DNA of 64,000 bases from Azovibrio sp. (lineage in GTDB: Bacteria; Pseudomonadota; Gammaproteobacteria; Burkholderiales; Rhodocyclaceae). The stretch covers positions 1,700 through 65,699 of the forward strand of contig JAOAIO010000004.1 of the NCBI GenBank assembly GCA_026414665.1, read 5' to 3'. This document shows positions 27,251 to 38,274 of the stretch, piece by piece. The notes beneath the pieces are model-generated. The model was not told the origin of the DNA and ran no database searches. It saw only the letters and a program-made list of their open reading frames with translations. The position numbers were made by a program, and so were the translations under genes. Within the stretch, counting starts at the first letter, position 1. Each line of letters begins with the position of its first letter.

Positions 27251-28063
27251 TTAGCGCTTGAGCAGGGATGTCAGCCAAGCGCGCTGCTGGCGTGCCCGGC
27301 GCTGCGCGCTGAGGTGCTCGATGATGCGGCTTCGGGCTTCGCCGAAACTCAAGGTCGTGCCGGGCAGGATGGCATCGCAGCGCAGCAGATGCAGGCCCAC
27401 GGGGGATTCGGTGGGTAGCGATATCTCGCCTGCTGTCAGGGCGAAGGCGATGGTGTCTAGTTCGGCATAGAGCTGGCCGGGCTTGACGTGGCCGAGCATG
27501 CCGCGTTCGAGCGCGGTGGGGCAGTGCGAGTGGCGCCGCGCCGCGGCGCCGAAGTCGTCTGCATCGCGGAGCTGCGGGCGCAAGGAAAGGAGCAGACGCG
27601 CCGCTTGCTCGCGTTCGGCCGGCGAATCGAAGGTGATGAGGATGTGCTGCAAACGCCGCGTTTCGGGGCGGGTGAACGCAGCTGGGTGGAGCCGGTAGTA
27701 AATCTCCGCTTCCGTATCCGTGACTGGGGCGGCGCGCGCCGCGACCTGCTCGAGCACGGCTTCAAGGCGCAGTTCGCGGGCGAGGCCGGCTTCGAGGCGA
27801 GCCGTGTCAAGGCCGTTGCGCGCGAGGTCGGCGAGGAACTCCGCCGGACTGGTGTAGCGCTGCTGGATGGTCTCCAGGCGGCGGGCGAGCTCGGTGGGGG
27901 GGATGCTGACGTGCGCCGCTTCCGGGCTGGCGAGCACGGCGGCTTCGATGCGTGCCTGGCGTGCCGCGATCTCAGCGAGCCGCGCCGTCTGGGCGGCATC
28001 GAGGGCGTGCGGTGGCTGATGGAACAGCGTGTGGGCTAGCTTGAAGGCGCGGTAGGCGGGCAT
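27251..28063 (-). CDS. nifM: nitrogen fixation protein NifM (parvulin-type PPIase domain)
   Basis: HILIT, HSHCPTALERGMLG, GQLY.ELD..AF, ESPVGLHLL.C; follows nifZ. Confidence 0.9.
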   Translation of the reverse strand: MPAYRAFKLAHTLFHQPPHALDAAQTARLAEIAARQARIEAAVLASPEAAHVSIPPTELARRLETIQQRYTSPAEFLADLARNGLDTARLEAGLARELRLEAVLEQVAARAAPVTDTEAEIYYRLHPAAFTRPETRRLQHILITFDSPAEREQAARLLLSLRPQLRDADDFGAAARRHSHCPTALERGMLGHVKPGQLYAELDTIAFALTAGEISLPTESPVGLHLLRCDAILPGTTLSFGEARSRIIEHLSAQRRARQQRAWLTSLLKR

Positions 28064-28075
28064 GGCGGCAAGCGC

Positions 28076-28537
28076 TTAGCCGGGCGGCTCGGGCGTAAGC
28101 GGTAGGAGCATGGCTTCTGGGACGCAGAAGAGCCGCCCAGGCAGGCAGGCGAAATGAACGTGGTAAGCCGCTCCGGCGGCTGGGTCGCGCACGACTTTGA
28201 TGATTTCGCCGGCGGCGCCAGCCTCAACCAGGATGGCCTCGCCGACTTTGAGGGCGGCCCGGCTCTTGACCTTTTCCCGGAACTCGAAGCGTGACGGCAC
28301 CCAGGGCTCGTCGAGGCCGATTAGCTCTTCCTCGCGGCAGCCGACCAGGCGGTTCTCGGCGTAGAAGAACACGGAATAGATGATCTGGTCTTGCAAGAAG
28401 GTGCCAATGTCGCGGATTAGGCCGGTGCTGCCGCGGCGCACCAGCAGTTCGCCCATGCGCGCGCCGGGAAAGGTGCCGTCGTCGCGCAGGTTGCGGATGA
28501 CCCGTACCTCGTCGTCGATCTGCCAACGGGGTCTCAT
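28076..28537 (-). CDS. nifZ: nitrogen fixation protein NifZ
   Basis: VR..RN.R.DGTFPG...G.LLVRRG..G...DIGTFLQDQIIY.V.F.....VGCREEEL. Confidence 0.95.
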   Translation of the reverse strand: MRPRWQIDDEVRVIRNLRDDGTFPGARMGELLVRRGSTGLIRDIGTFLQDQIIYSVFFYAENRLVGCREEELIGLDEPWVPSRFEFREKVKSRAALKVGEAILVEAGAAGEIIKVVRDPAAGAAYHVHFACLPGRLFCVPEAMLLPLTPEPPG

Positions 28538-28872
28538 GACCGAAACACCCGCTCGATGGGTACGAAACTGGTCATGCCGCCCTGGGCGTTGGGGACGTTC
28601 CGAAAGACGGCGAACACTTTTTCCGTCAGCGCGTCGGAGCGCACGAAATCGTCATAGGCTCGGGCGAGCCAGTCACGGTAGATGGCCCGCCGGGCCGTTG
28701 CGTCGGCGGGCAGCGGCTGGGGCAGCCGGTTGAGGTAGTCATGCCAGCGCTGCAGGATGTGCAGCCGGTTTACCTCGACCACTTCGCGCCGGTAGGGCAC
28801 GCCGAAATAGTCGAGAAAGTCTTCGGCGGATACGAGTTCGGCCAAGGCTTCATCCAGGCTCAGGTCGTCCAT
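28534..28872 (-). CDS. nifW: nitrogenase-stabilizing protein NifW
   Basis: L.SAEDFLDYFGV.Y...VV.VNRLHILQR, AY.DF..S. Confidence 0.95.
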   Translation of the reverse strand: MDDLSLDEALAELVSAEDFLDYFGVPYRREVVEVNRLHILQRWHDYLNRLPQPLPADATARRAIYRDWLARAYDDFVRSDALTEKVFAVFRNVPNAQGGMTSFVPIERVFRS

Positions 28873-28885
28873 GCGGGGCTCTCCT

Positions 28886-29677
28886 TCAGGCGGGTGGGGC
28901 GGTGTGGTCGCAGCACAGCTCGCCGGCGGCGCAGACTTCGCAGCGCTCGCGCTCGGGGGCGGGCGGGGCGTGGGGTGGGGCTTGTCGGGCGCGCAGTTCG
29001 CGTTCCAAGGCTTCGATGCGCTCGAGCAGGCATTGCACCGAGCGGGCTACCGGGTCGGGCAGCAGATGGTGGTCGAGACTGATGCCGTGCGCCGGCCGCG
29101 GCCCGCCGGCGCGGGTCGGCACGATGCGGCCGGGCACGCCGACGACGGTGCGGTCGCTGGGCACGTCCTTGACCACTACCGAGTTGGCGCCCACCCGTAC
29201 TCGGTCGCCGATTTGGATCGGACCAAGAATCTTGGCGCCGGCGCCGACGACGACGCCGTGGCCTAGCGTTGGGTGGCGCTTGCCGGCATTCCAGGATGTG
29301 CCGCCCAGGGTGACGCCATGGTAGAGGGTGACATCATCCCCCAGCTCGGCAGTCTCGCCGATCACCACGCCGGCGCCGTGGTCGATGAAGAAGCGCCGGC
29401 CGATGCGGGCGCCGGGATGAATGTCTACATTGGTGACGGCGCGCGCGAGAAAGGCCAGCAGCCGCGCGGGAAAGCGTAGACCGCGCCGCCATAAGCGGTG
29501 CGCCAGGCGGTGCGCGATGATGGCGTGCAGGCCGGGATAGGTGGTCAGCACTTCGAGCCGGTTGCGCGCCGCCGGGTCGCGTTCGAAGACGCACGCCAGG
29601 TCGGCGCGGATCTCGGCCCATAGGCCGGTGGGGGGCTCGCTGGCGGCAGCGAGGGGCAGGGCGGTGGTTTCAGACAT
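28886..29677 (-). CDS. cysE: serine O-acetyltransferase (nif-associated CysE/NifP)
   Basis: RDPAAR, YPGLHA, DIHPGA.IG..FFIDHG.GVVIGET, GVTLGG, KRHPT. Confidence 0.93.
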   Translation of the reverse strand: MSETTALPLAAASEPPTGLWAEIRADLACVFERDPAARNRLEVLTTYPGLHAIIAHRLAHRLWRRGLRFPARLLAFLARAVTNVDIHPGARIGRRFFIDHGAGVVIGETAELGDDVTLYHGVTLGGTSWNAGKRHPTLGHGVVVGAGAKILGPIQIGDRVRVGANSVVVKDVPSDRTVVGVPGRIVPTRAGGPRPAHGISLDHHLLPDPVARSVQCLLERIEALERELRARQAPPHAPPAPERERCEVCAAGELCCDHTAPPA

Positions 29678-30836
29678 GGGAGGCATCCTCCGCAAGGGCT
29701 TGGGGGGCGGTTGGCTGGAGGGTCGATTGGGCACGGAGCAGCTCCAGGAGGTCGGCAGTATCGGGCGGGCGCTTGGCGCGCAGGACGAAGGCGCGCAGCG
29801 CCGCTACCAGGCTACATGCGGCAGCGCGGGAAAGCGGGATGCCCAGGCTGGCATAGACGGCTTGCACAGCACGGTGGCCGGAATGCTTGCCGAGGACGAT
29901 GCGGTGGCTGCGCCCGACTTCACCGGGGTCGAAGCCTTGGTAGTTGCGTGGGTCCTTGATGAGTCCGTCGACGTGAATGCCGGCCTCGTGCGTGAAGGCG
30001 CCAGGGCCGACGATGCTTTTCTGCCAAGGCACAGGGCGGCCCGAGGCATAGGCCACCCGTTCAGAGAGGGCTGGAAAGCCTTTGAGATCGATGCCCGTGC
30101 GGCCGCCGTAGAGTTTTTCCACCCCTAGCACGACTTCTTCGAGCGGGGCGTTGCCGGCACGTTCGCCCAGTCCATTGACCGTCGTGTTCACGTAGCGAGC
30201 GCCGGCGCGAATGGCAGCTAAAGTGTTGGCGGTGGCCAGGCCCAGGTCATCGTGCGCGTGCATTTCGATGGCGAGCCCCGATTCGCGTACCAGACGGGAG
30301 ATGCTGTCATAAAGACCAAAGGGCTCCATGATGCCGAGCGTGTCGGCATAGCGCAGGCGTACGGCGCCGGCCCGGGCGGCTACGGCGGCGATGGCGAGCA
30401 GGAAATCCGGGTCGGCGCGGGAGGCATCCTCACAGCCGATGCAGACTTGTAGCCCCAGGTCCTGGGCCTGGGCGATGTAGCCGGGCAGGACGGCGAGTAG
30501 CCAGGCCCGATCTTTTCTTAGCTTGCCCGAGAGGTGTTGGTCCGAAGCCGGGACGGAGATGTCTACGAGATCGGCGCCGAGGCCGCGGCAGGCATCGATA
30601 TCCCGGGCGTGCATCCGGCACCAGAGCATGAGCCGGGCGGAAAGGCCGAGCTGGGCGACGGCGCGGATGCTGTCTTGCTCTTCCGGGCCCATGGCGGGAA
30701 TGCCCACTTCCAGCTCGGGGACGCCGATGGCGTCGAGTCCCTGGGCGATGGCCAGCTTTTCTTCCAGGCTAAAGGCCACGCCGGCGGATTGCTCGCCATC
30801 CCTAAGCGTAGTGTCGTTGATGGTCACGGCTTGCAT
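29670..30836 (-). CDS. nifV: homocitrate synthase NifV
   Basis: [59 protein letters not shown]; nif context. Confidence 0.95.
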   Translation of the reverse strand: MQAVTINDTTLRDGEQSAGVAFSLEEKLAIAQGLDAIGVPELEVGIPAMGPEEQDSIRAVAQLGLSARLMLWCRMHARDIDACRGLGADLVDISVPASDQHLSGKLRKDRAWLLAVLPGYIAQAQDLGLQVCIGCEDASRADPDFLLAIAAVAARAGAVRLRYADTLGIMEPFGLYDSISRLVRESGLAIEMHAHDDLGLATANTLAAIRAGARYVNTTVNGLGERAGNAPLEEVVLGVEKLYGGRTGIDLKGFPALSERVAYASGRPVPWQKSIVGPGAFTHEAGIHVDGLIKDPRNYQGFDPGEVGRSHRIVLGKHSGHRAVQAVYASLGIPLSRAAACSLVAALRAFVLRAKRPPDTADLLELLRAQSTLQPTAPQALAEDASHV

Positions 30837-30871
30837 GGCAGCCTCGCGGAAAATGCGCTCGAGGCTGCTTT

Positions 30872-30887
30872 AGCAAGGCCGATGCCA
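30872..30887 (-). promoter_or_regulatory. sigma54 promoter of the nifV operon
   Basis: Minus strand TGGCATCGGCCTTGCT, GG-N10-GC. Confidence 0.85.
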
Positions 30888-30904
30888 GATTTTTTCTATT
30901 GCCT

Positions 30905-30917
30905 TATCAATGGGTTG
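30905..30917. promoter_or_regulatory. IHF site between NifA UAS and sigma54 promoter
   Basis: TATCAATGGGTTG matches WATCAANNNNTTR exactly, with an AT-rich flank. Confidence 0.75.
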
Positions 30918-30959
30918 TGAGTTTTTTGTCGGGCATCGGCGCGACATTCGGGCAGGGTG

Positions 30960-30975
30960 TGTCGGGTTTGCGACA
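30960..30975. promoter_or_regulatory. NifA upstream activator sequence
   Basis: TGT-CGGGTTTGCG-ACA (TGT-N10-ACA). Confidence 0.8.
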
Positions 30976-30990
30976 ACGTGCGCGCCGGGG

Positions 30991-31548
30991 TCATTCGGCG
31001 TTCTTGCCCTTTTGCCAGAGGACATCGCTCCGGCCGGCGGCACGGTTCAGGTAGCGACCGAGGATGAAGAGCAGGTCAGAGAGGCGGTTGATGTAGCGCC
31101 GCGCATCGTCGGAAACGCTTTCGTTGTTGCCCAGATGCACGATGGCCCGCTCGGCGCGGCGGCAGATGGTGCGGCATAGATGCGCGAGCGCCGCGGCGCG
31201 GCTGCCGCCGGGCAGGATGAACTCTTTGAGCCGCGGTAAGTCGGCGTTGAACGTGGCCGCGAGTTCTTCCAGGCGCGCCCCCTGGGCGTGGCTGAACACG
31301 GTCATGCCGGGCATACACAGCTCCCCGCCGAGATCGAACAGATCGTGCTGCACGCCTTCGAGCGCCGCTTGCACCGGGCCGGGCAGGTTGGGCTCGGCAA
31401 GTAAGACGCCAAGCGCGGAGTTGAGCTCATCCACCTCGCCGATGGCGTGGATGCGCAAGCTATCTTTGTTGACCCGGGAGCCATCTCCCAGGCCGGTGGT
31501 GCCGGCATCGCCGGTGCGGGTGACGATCTTGGAAAGACGGTTGGCCAT
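30991..31548 (-). CDS. PduO-type ATP:cob(I)alamin adenosyltransferase
   Basis: KIVTRTGDAGTT.L, GEVDELNS, QHDLFDLG, FILPGG, RRAER, NRLSD.LF. Confidence 0.93.
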   Translation of the reverse strand: MANRLSKIVTRTGDAGTTGLGDGSRVNKDSLRIHAIGEVDELNSALGVLLAEPNLPGPVQAALEGVQHDLFDLGGELCMPGMTVFSHAQGARLEELAATFNADLPRLKEFILPGGSRAAALAHLCRTICRRAERAIVHLGNNESVSDDARRYINRLSDLLFILGRYLNRAAGRSDVLWQKGKNAE

Positions 31549-31644
31549 GCTGTCCTCAGCGGTTGGGCGGGGCGGGCGGATTATACTCGCAGGGTCTGCC
31601 ACTGACCGTGCGGCAGCGGCAAAGTTCAGCCAAAGGCTTTCGTC

Positions 31645-32448
31645 ATGCCACGTTTTGCAGCCAATCTGTCTTTTCTCTTTACCGAGTTGCCTTTCCCCGA
31701 GCGCTTCGAGGCTGCGGCCCGGGCGGGTTTTGCCGGGGTCGAGTGCCTTTTTCCCTATGCCTATCCGGCCGAGGACATTCGCCGCTGGCTGCGTGAGACG
31801 GGGCTCACGCAAGTGCTATTCAACCTGCCGGCCGGCGATTGGCAGGCAGGCGAGCGCGGCCTGGCGGCGCAGCCGGGCCGCGAGGCGGAGTTCGCGGCGG
31901 GGCTCGAGCTGGCCCTCGACTATGCCCGCACCCTGGGGTGCACGCGGCTACATGCCCTGTCCGGCCTGGTGCTGCCGGATGTGCCGGAGGCGGAGCAGAC
32001 AGCCGTCTTTTGCGCCAACATCGCCGCCGCCGCCCGACGCGCTAGCGCGGCCGGGGTGACTTTGTTGATCGAGCCCATCAATAGCCGCGTGGATATGCCC
32101 GGTTATTGGCTGGATACGCCGGCGCGCGCCTTCGCGCTGCAACATCGCCTGGCGGATACTGGGCTACGCGTCCAGCTCGATCTGTACCACGCCCAGATCG
32201 TGGCCGGCGACCTGGCGCGTATGCTGGAGCGGCATTTGGCCGTCATCGGACATATCCAAGTGGCCGATAATCCCGGCCGGCACGAGCCGGGGTCCGGGGA
32301 GATCCACTACCCTTACCTGTTCCGTCGCCTCGATGCCCTCGGTTATGCCGGATGGATCGGGTGTGAGTACAAGCCGGCTACGACGACTTGGGCCGGCCTG
32401 GAGTGGTTCGCGCCTTGGCGTCAGCCTGCTACGGCGGCAGGGGGCTGA
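31645..32448 (+). CDS. hydroxypyruvate isomerase family protein (Hyi/OtnI)
   Basis: MPRFAANLS.LFTE, VLFNLP.GDW, IEPIN, DLYHAQ, HIQVADNPGRHEPG.GEI, GCEY.P. Confidence 0.92.
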   Translation: MPRFAANLSFLFTELPFPERFEAAARAGFAGVECLFPYAYPAEDIRRWLRETGLTQVLFNLPAGDWQAGERGLAAQPGREAEFAAGLELALDYARTLGCTRLHALSGLVLPDVPEAEQTAVFCANIAAAARRASAAGVTLLIEPINSRVDMPGYWLDTPARAFALQHRLADTGLRVQLDLYHAQIVAGDLARMLERHLAVIGHIQVADNPGRHEPGSGEIHYPYLFRRLDALGYAGWIGCEYKPATTTWAGLEWFAPWRQPATAAGG

Positions 32449-32489
32449 GGTAAAATGCGCGCTCACGTTTGCGGGCTGCAAAAGGCGCG

Positions 32490-32672
32490 ATGCTGGAATT
32501 GAGCGACGAACAGAAACTGCAACTCCTCTTGGTAGGCGGCCCCATCGTGTCGCTCCTCGGGACTTGGATGTCCTTGCGCACCTATGGCCGCCTCAAGCAA
32601 CGGACGGCGCAGCGCCGGCAGGAGGCCGAGAGCGCGGCGCCCGCTGCGCCGCGTGATGAGGGTCGAGCATGA
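32490..32672 (+). CDS. small single-pass membrane protein (60 aa), hypothetical
   Basis: One hydrophobic segment (LLLVGGPIVSLLGTW) then a basic tail; ATGA overlap with the HDOD gene. Confidence 0.55.
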   Translation: MLELSDEQKLQLLLVGGPIVSLLGTWMSLRTYGRLKQRTAQRRQEAESAAPAAPRDEGRA

Positions 32673-33559
32673 CCACTTCCGTTGCCGAGATCCTCGCCAC
32701 CCTACCGCCTGACGAAGCGGCGCGTCTGCGCTTCGTCTTGCAGCGCGGCGTCAAGCTTCCGCCGCAGCCGCGGGTGCTGGAAGCGCTACGCCGCCTCATC
32801 AACCGGCGCGAGTTCGATGTGCGCGCTCTTGCTAGGGTCATTACCCAAGACCCCGGGGTGACGGCTCTGCTTTTCAAAGCCGTCAAGAGCGCGGCTTATC
32901 GCCAGCATCATCCGTTCGAGAGGGTCGAGCAGGTCATTCATGCCCTGGGTGTGAAGGAAGCCTTCAATCTGGTGCAGGCGGTGGTGCTCACCAGCGCTAT
33001 CGAGATCAAATCGAACCGCGGCGTGTTGGAGAGTTTTTGGGCGCGCTCGCAGGCGGTGGCGCAACTGGCCATGCTGATCGCGGCGGATCGGGTATCGGTG
33101 TGCAACATCTTTCCCGACCAGGCTTATCTGGCTGGCATGTTTCACGACTGCGGCGTGCCGGTGCTGCTGCAGCGCTTTCCTACCTACTGCCAGGACATGC
33201 AGCTGGGCGCCGCGGGCCGCTGGGTGGATCTGCAAGAGGAAGACCGCCGCTTCAATCTCGATCACTGTGCCGTCGGCTATTTGCTGGCGCGGCACTGGTC
33301 CTTGCCGGCTTTCATTTGCGATGCGGTGCGCAGTCACCACGACATGGCCAGCATGGGGATGCATGTCTCGCGCACCATGGTGGCCATTTTGCAGCTGGCG
33401 ATAGAGCTGTACTGCCGCGAGCAGCGGCTCGCTAACCCGGAGTGGCCGCAGGTGGAGGCCGAAGTCGCGGCCGAGCTCGGCATCCACGCCGATGCGCTGC
33501 CCGAGTTCATCGATGAAATACTCGAGCGCTTCCATGAACAGGCCGCTGCCATGCTCTAG
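32669..33559 (+). CDS. HDOD domain protein
   Basis: LPPQP, I.QDPG, AYLAGMFHDCG, DHCAVG..LA..W.LP...DAV..HH. Confidence 0.88.
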   Translation: MTTSVAEILATLPPDEAARLRFVLQRGVKLPPQPRVLEALRRLINRREFDVRALARVITQDPGVTALLFKAVKSAAYRQHHPFERVEQVIHALGVKEAFNLVQAVVLTSAIEIKSNRGVLESFWARSQAVAQLAMLIAADRVSVCNIFPDQAYLAGMFHDCGVPVLLQRFPTYCQDMQLGAAGRWVDLQEEDRRFNLDHCAVGYLLARHWSLPAFICDAVRSHHDMASMGMHVSRTMVAILQLAIELYCREQRLANPEWPQVEAEVAAELGIHADALPEFIDEILERFHEQAAAML

Positions 33560-33589
33560 AATGGCCGCAAATATTTCAGGAATCGAACC

Positions 33590-33892
33590 GTGAGCACGAC
33601 TAGCGTTTCCCCGACTCCGCAGCCTGACCGTCGCCAAAACAAGCAGCTGCGCGAAATCTTCGAGCACGCCTACGCGATGGTCGAACCTTTCTTCGATCCG
33701 AATGCCGGCTGGGGCGGCCATTCTCTCGAACATCTGGCCTTTCGCGTCTTGCGGGAAAACTTTCCGCAGCTCTCCAGCGAGGATGTGCATGCCATCGTCG
33801 TAGCCGCCCACCGCGTCTATATCGAGCGCAATCCGCTCAAGAGCGCGCATTTGAAGCGGCCGCACGAAGTGCGGGCGGCCTTTTCCCGTTAG
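33590..33892 (+). CDS. hypothetical protein (100 aa)
   Basis: GTG start behind AGGA; protein-like composition; co-directional between HDOD and PP2C genes. Confidence 0.7.
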   Translation: MSTTSVSPTPQPDRRQNKQLREIFEHAYAMVEPFFDPNAGWGGHSLEHLAFRVLRENFPQLSSEDVHAIVVAAHRVYIERNPLKSAHLKRPHEVRAAFSR

Positions 33893-33946
33893 GCGCCCGA
33901 TCGCAGCGATGGTGGGGGGTGCAACCGCCTGCGCCGGGAGGCGAGG

Positions 33947-34753
33947 ATGGCGCTAAAGCTCGATGCCTGCATCGCGCAGCATCAGGGCGACCGCAAGGAG
34001 CAGCAGGACCGGGTGACGCTCGTCGGCCATACCCGCCAGCCTGGCGTGGCGCTCGCGGTCGTCGCCGATGGCATGGGCGGCCATGCCGGCGGCGCCCTGG
34101 CAGCCGAGCAGGTGATTCATACCCTAGGCACCAACTTCCAGCACTGGAGTCCGCACGAAAGCCCGCAGCAGCTGCTCCAATCCAGCCTAGTCGAAGCGCA
34201 TACCATGATTAAGGCGTCGCGCTTCATCAACGAGAAAGACCCGCACAGCACCGCCGTGGCCGTTCTGCTTCTGCCCGGAGCGCGCGCCGTCTGGGCGCAC
34301 TGCGGCGATAGCCGGCTGTACTATTTTCGCGGCGTGCATCTCAAGACGCGCACCATCGACCATTCCTATGTCGAGCACCTGCTCCGGCTGGGCCGCATCT
34401 CGGCCGAGGAGGCCGAGCATCATCCCAACAAGAACATCTTGCTCACTTCGCTGGGCGGGCGGGAAGCGCCTCGCGTCGAATTCGGCCAGGCCGAGGGGCT
34501 CTTGCCCGGCGATAGCCTGCTGCTGTGTTCCGATGGGCTTTGGGCCTATTTCGGCGATGAAGAGCTTGGCGCCCTGATTTCCACCGGCACGGCGCGGGAA
34601 GTGGCGGCGCGGCTCATCGAGTTGGCCCGGGCGCGCGGCGCGGGCGAGGGGGACAATATTTCCGTCGCCCTGCTCAAGTTCTTGGCGGCGCCCAAGGCGC
34701 CGGCGGCGCGGCCCTATGGCCTCCATGCCGCCCCCTCCCGATCATCCTCCTGA
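33947..34753 (+). CDS. PP2C-family Ser/Thr protein phosphatase
   Basis: R..QQD, VADGMGGH.GG, AHCGDSRLY, T.DHS, LCSDGLW, DNIS. Confidence 0.9.
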   Translation: MALKLDACIAQHQGDRKEQQDRVTLVGHTRQPGVALAVVADGMGGHAGGALAAEQVIHTLGTNFQHWSPHESPQQLLQSSLVEAHTMIKASRFINEKDPHSTAVAVLLLPGARAVWAHCGDSRLYYFRGVHLKTRTIDHSYVEHLLRLGRISAEEAEHHPNKNILLTSLGGREAPRVEFGQAEGLLPGDSLLLCSDGLWAYFGDEELGALISTGTAREVAARLIELARARGAGEGDNISVALLKFLAAPKAPAARPYGLHAAPSRSSS

Positions 34754-34798
34754 CCCGGACGCGGGGCGCAGCGGCCGAGGCTAGGCTGCCCGGCTTGA

Positions 34799-36268
<1,470 letters not shown>

Positions 36269-36300
36269 GGATGGGAAAGCATAGGTGCCTGGGGACGGGC

Positions 36301-36750
36301 TCAGGTCTTGCCGGCGGCGCCGGCGGGCGGCTCGGCTGGCTGCGGGCCGTTCGGCTCGCTGGCCTTGTCGGACTGGGTTGGCGCGGCTTCGGTGGGTGGC
36401 GTGGCGCTCGTCTTTTTCTTGCGCTTGGTGTTGTCTGGTGGTGGGGGGGGCGGCAACTGCGGCGCCACCGTTTCCAGCTTGTTCTCGCGCATGTACTCGT
36501 CCATCTCCCGCCAACCGGCGAAGATCGACTCTTTGGGCAGCCAGGTATAGATGGCGTAGCAGTCCTCGATGGCGCGGCCGGAGTGGCGGCACCCCCCGCC
36601 TACGGCACGCCCTTCGGCATCGAGGCGGGCTTCTTTCTTGGCGGGATCTTCGAGCCCCATCTTGCTGCTCAACTGATCGCAGCCGCTCACGGCTACGCCA
36701 AGCGGCAGGACGAGCGCGACAAGGCTCGGCAAGGGGAAGGAGCGTTTCAT
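36301..36750 (-). CDS. conserved-looking hypothetical lipoprotein
   Basis: Lipobox-like VSGC; core [15 protein letters not shown]...[15 protein letters not shown]; Pro-rich tail. Confidence 0.75.
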   Translation of the reverse strand: MKRSFPLPSLVALVLPLGVAVSGCDQLSSKMGLEDPAKKEARLDAEGRAVGGGCRHSGRAIEDCYAIYTWLPKESIFAGWREMDEYMRENKLETVAPQLPPPPPPDNTKRKKKTSATPPTEAAPTQSDKASEPNGPQPAEPPAGAAGKT

Positions 36751-36883
36751 GAGCGGCGATTTTCCCACATTCGGCGCAGCGCGGGGGAGAGACTGGGCGT
36801 TTTTGTGCCGGAGCCGGCGGCGAAGCCACAGAGGCCGTCCGGACGGCAGTATAATCGAACCTTCGTATTACCCAGGAGTTCCT

Positions 36884-38185
36884 ATGCGCCGCAAATTTCA
36901 CCCGCTTGTGCTGACCCTGCTGCTCGCTTTGTCGGGCGGGGCGCTGGCTGCGAATGCCAAAGCCCCCGCGCGTAAAGGGGCGGCGTCCGAGAAGGCGCCG
37001 GCGGTGGTCGAGATCAATTTTGCACATCAGCTCGCCAGCAGCAACGCCGAGCGCTTGGCGGCGCTGATCGATCGCTTCAACGCGCAGCACAAGGATGTGC
37101 GCATCAACCTGGTGCGAGCCGAGGCGTACGGCAGGCCTGCCCATCTCAACCTGGCCACCACTGAGACGGTGGCCAACTTCATGATGAACCAGGCCAGCTT
37201 CAAGCCGCTCCATCAGCTCATGAAGGAAACGCGCGAGAGTCTGACGCCGCGCGATTTGTCCGCCGACCTGTGGGTGGGCGAGAGCAAGAATAAGCCCGTG
37301 GCCTTGCCGGTCGCATTTTCCACGCCGGTGCTGTTTTACAACAAGCGTATTTTCCGCAAGGCCGGCCTCGATCCCGAGCAGCCGCCGCGCACTTGGCGGC
37401 AGATGCAGGATATGGCCGGGGTGATGCTGGACAAAGGTATCACCTGTCCCTACACCTCCTCTTGGCCGGTGTGGGTGCATATCGACAACGTCAGCGCGGT
37501 TTCGGGCGTGCCGGTAGCCGACAAGAAGGGCGAGCTTGGCTTTAACGGCTTGCCGCAGGTCAAGCACGTGGCCATGCTCGCTACCTGGCACAAGGCCGGC
37601 TATTTCCATAACGTTGGCCGCACCAATGAGGCCGACGAGTATTTCTACAAGAACGAGTGCGCCATGCTCACTTCCGATTCCTGGGCCGCGAGCTATCTGC
37701 GCGATGCGCCCGGAGTCGAGCTCGGGGTAGCGCCGCTGCCCTATCACGAGGATATCTACGGCGGGCCGCGACACACCCTGGCGGGCGGCGCGTCGATCTG
37801 GATCGGCGGTGGCTACAAGCCGGAGGAATACAAGGCCGTGGCGCGCTTCGTGCGCTTCATCCTGGCGCCGGAAACGCAGATGGATCTCGCCCGTGTCGGC
37901 GGTTTCTTACCGCTCACCGATACCGCCCGCAAGGCGCTCAAGGCGCAGTTGCCCAAAGATGAGGAGCAGGTGCTCGATGTCGCCTATGCCTCCTTGCAGG
38001 GTAAGGGCGCGGCGCAGCCGTTGCGTATTTCCACCTTGGAGCCGGTGCGCATCATCGTCGATGAGGAGCTCGAGCAGGTTTGGGCCGACAAGAAGCCGGC
38101 CAAGGCCGCGCTCGATACCGCGGTGAGCCGCGGTAATTCGGTTCTGGCGGCCAAGCCAGCCTTGAAGCGCGCCGTCTCCTTCTGA
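36884..38185 (+). CDS. extracellular solute-binding protein (family 1, UgpB-like)
   Basis: Signal peptide; LP...[21 protein letters not shown]; GGASIW; AGGAG RBS. Confidence 0.8.
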   Translation: MRRKFHPLVLTLLLALSGGALAANAKAPARKGAASEKAPAVVEINFAHQLASSNAERLAALIDRFNAQHKDVRINLVRAEAYGRPAHLNLATTETVANFMMNQASFKPLHQLMKETRESLTPRDLSADLWVGESKNKPVALPVAFSTPVLFYNKRIFRKAGLDPEQPPRTWRQMQDMAGVMLDKGITCPYTSSWPVWVHIDNVSAVSGVPVADKKGELGFNGLPQVKHVAMLATWHKAGYFHNVGRTNEADEYFYKNECAMLTSDSWAASYLRDAPGVELGVAPLPYHEDIYGGPRHTLAGGASIWIGGGYKPEEYKAVARFVRFILAPETQMDLARVGGFLPLTDTARKALKAQLPKDEEQVLDVAYASLQGKGAAQPLRISTLEPVRIIVDEELEQVWADKKPAKAALDTAVSRGNSVLAAKPALKRAVSF

Positions 38186-38204
38186 GTCGCCTGCCGCGCC
38201 CGCG

Positions 38205-38234
38205 AACCCGCCGCCCGCCGGCGGGTTTTTCTTT
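38205..38234 (+). terminator. intrinsic terminator
   Basis: AACCCGCCG-CCCGC-CGGCGGGTT-TTTCTTT. Confidence 0.75.
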
Positions 38235-38274
38235 GTAGAATCACACGCTTTACCGAATTTGACAGGCATCCGCC

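Noticed and set aside
25677-27278. 533-aa ORF antisense to glnA (and similar shadows over alaS, ilvE, algC, HDOD, cbiD)
   Set aside because: Typical stop-free antisense frames caused by high-GC codon bias; no motifs or RBS.
30927-30946. Second NifA UAS (TGTCG...CGACA)
   Set aside because: Spacing is TGT-N14-ACA, not N10; at most a half-site.
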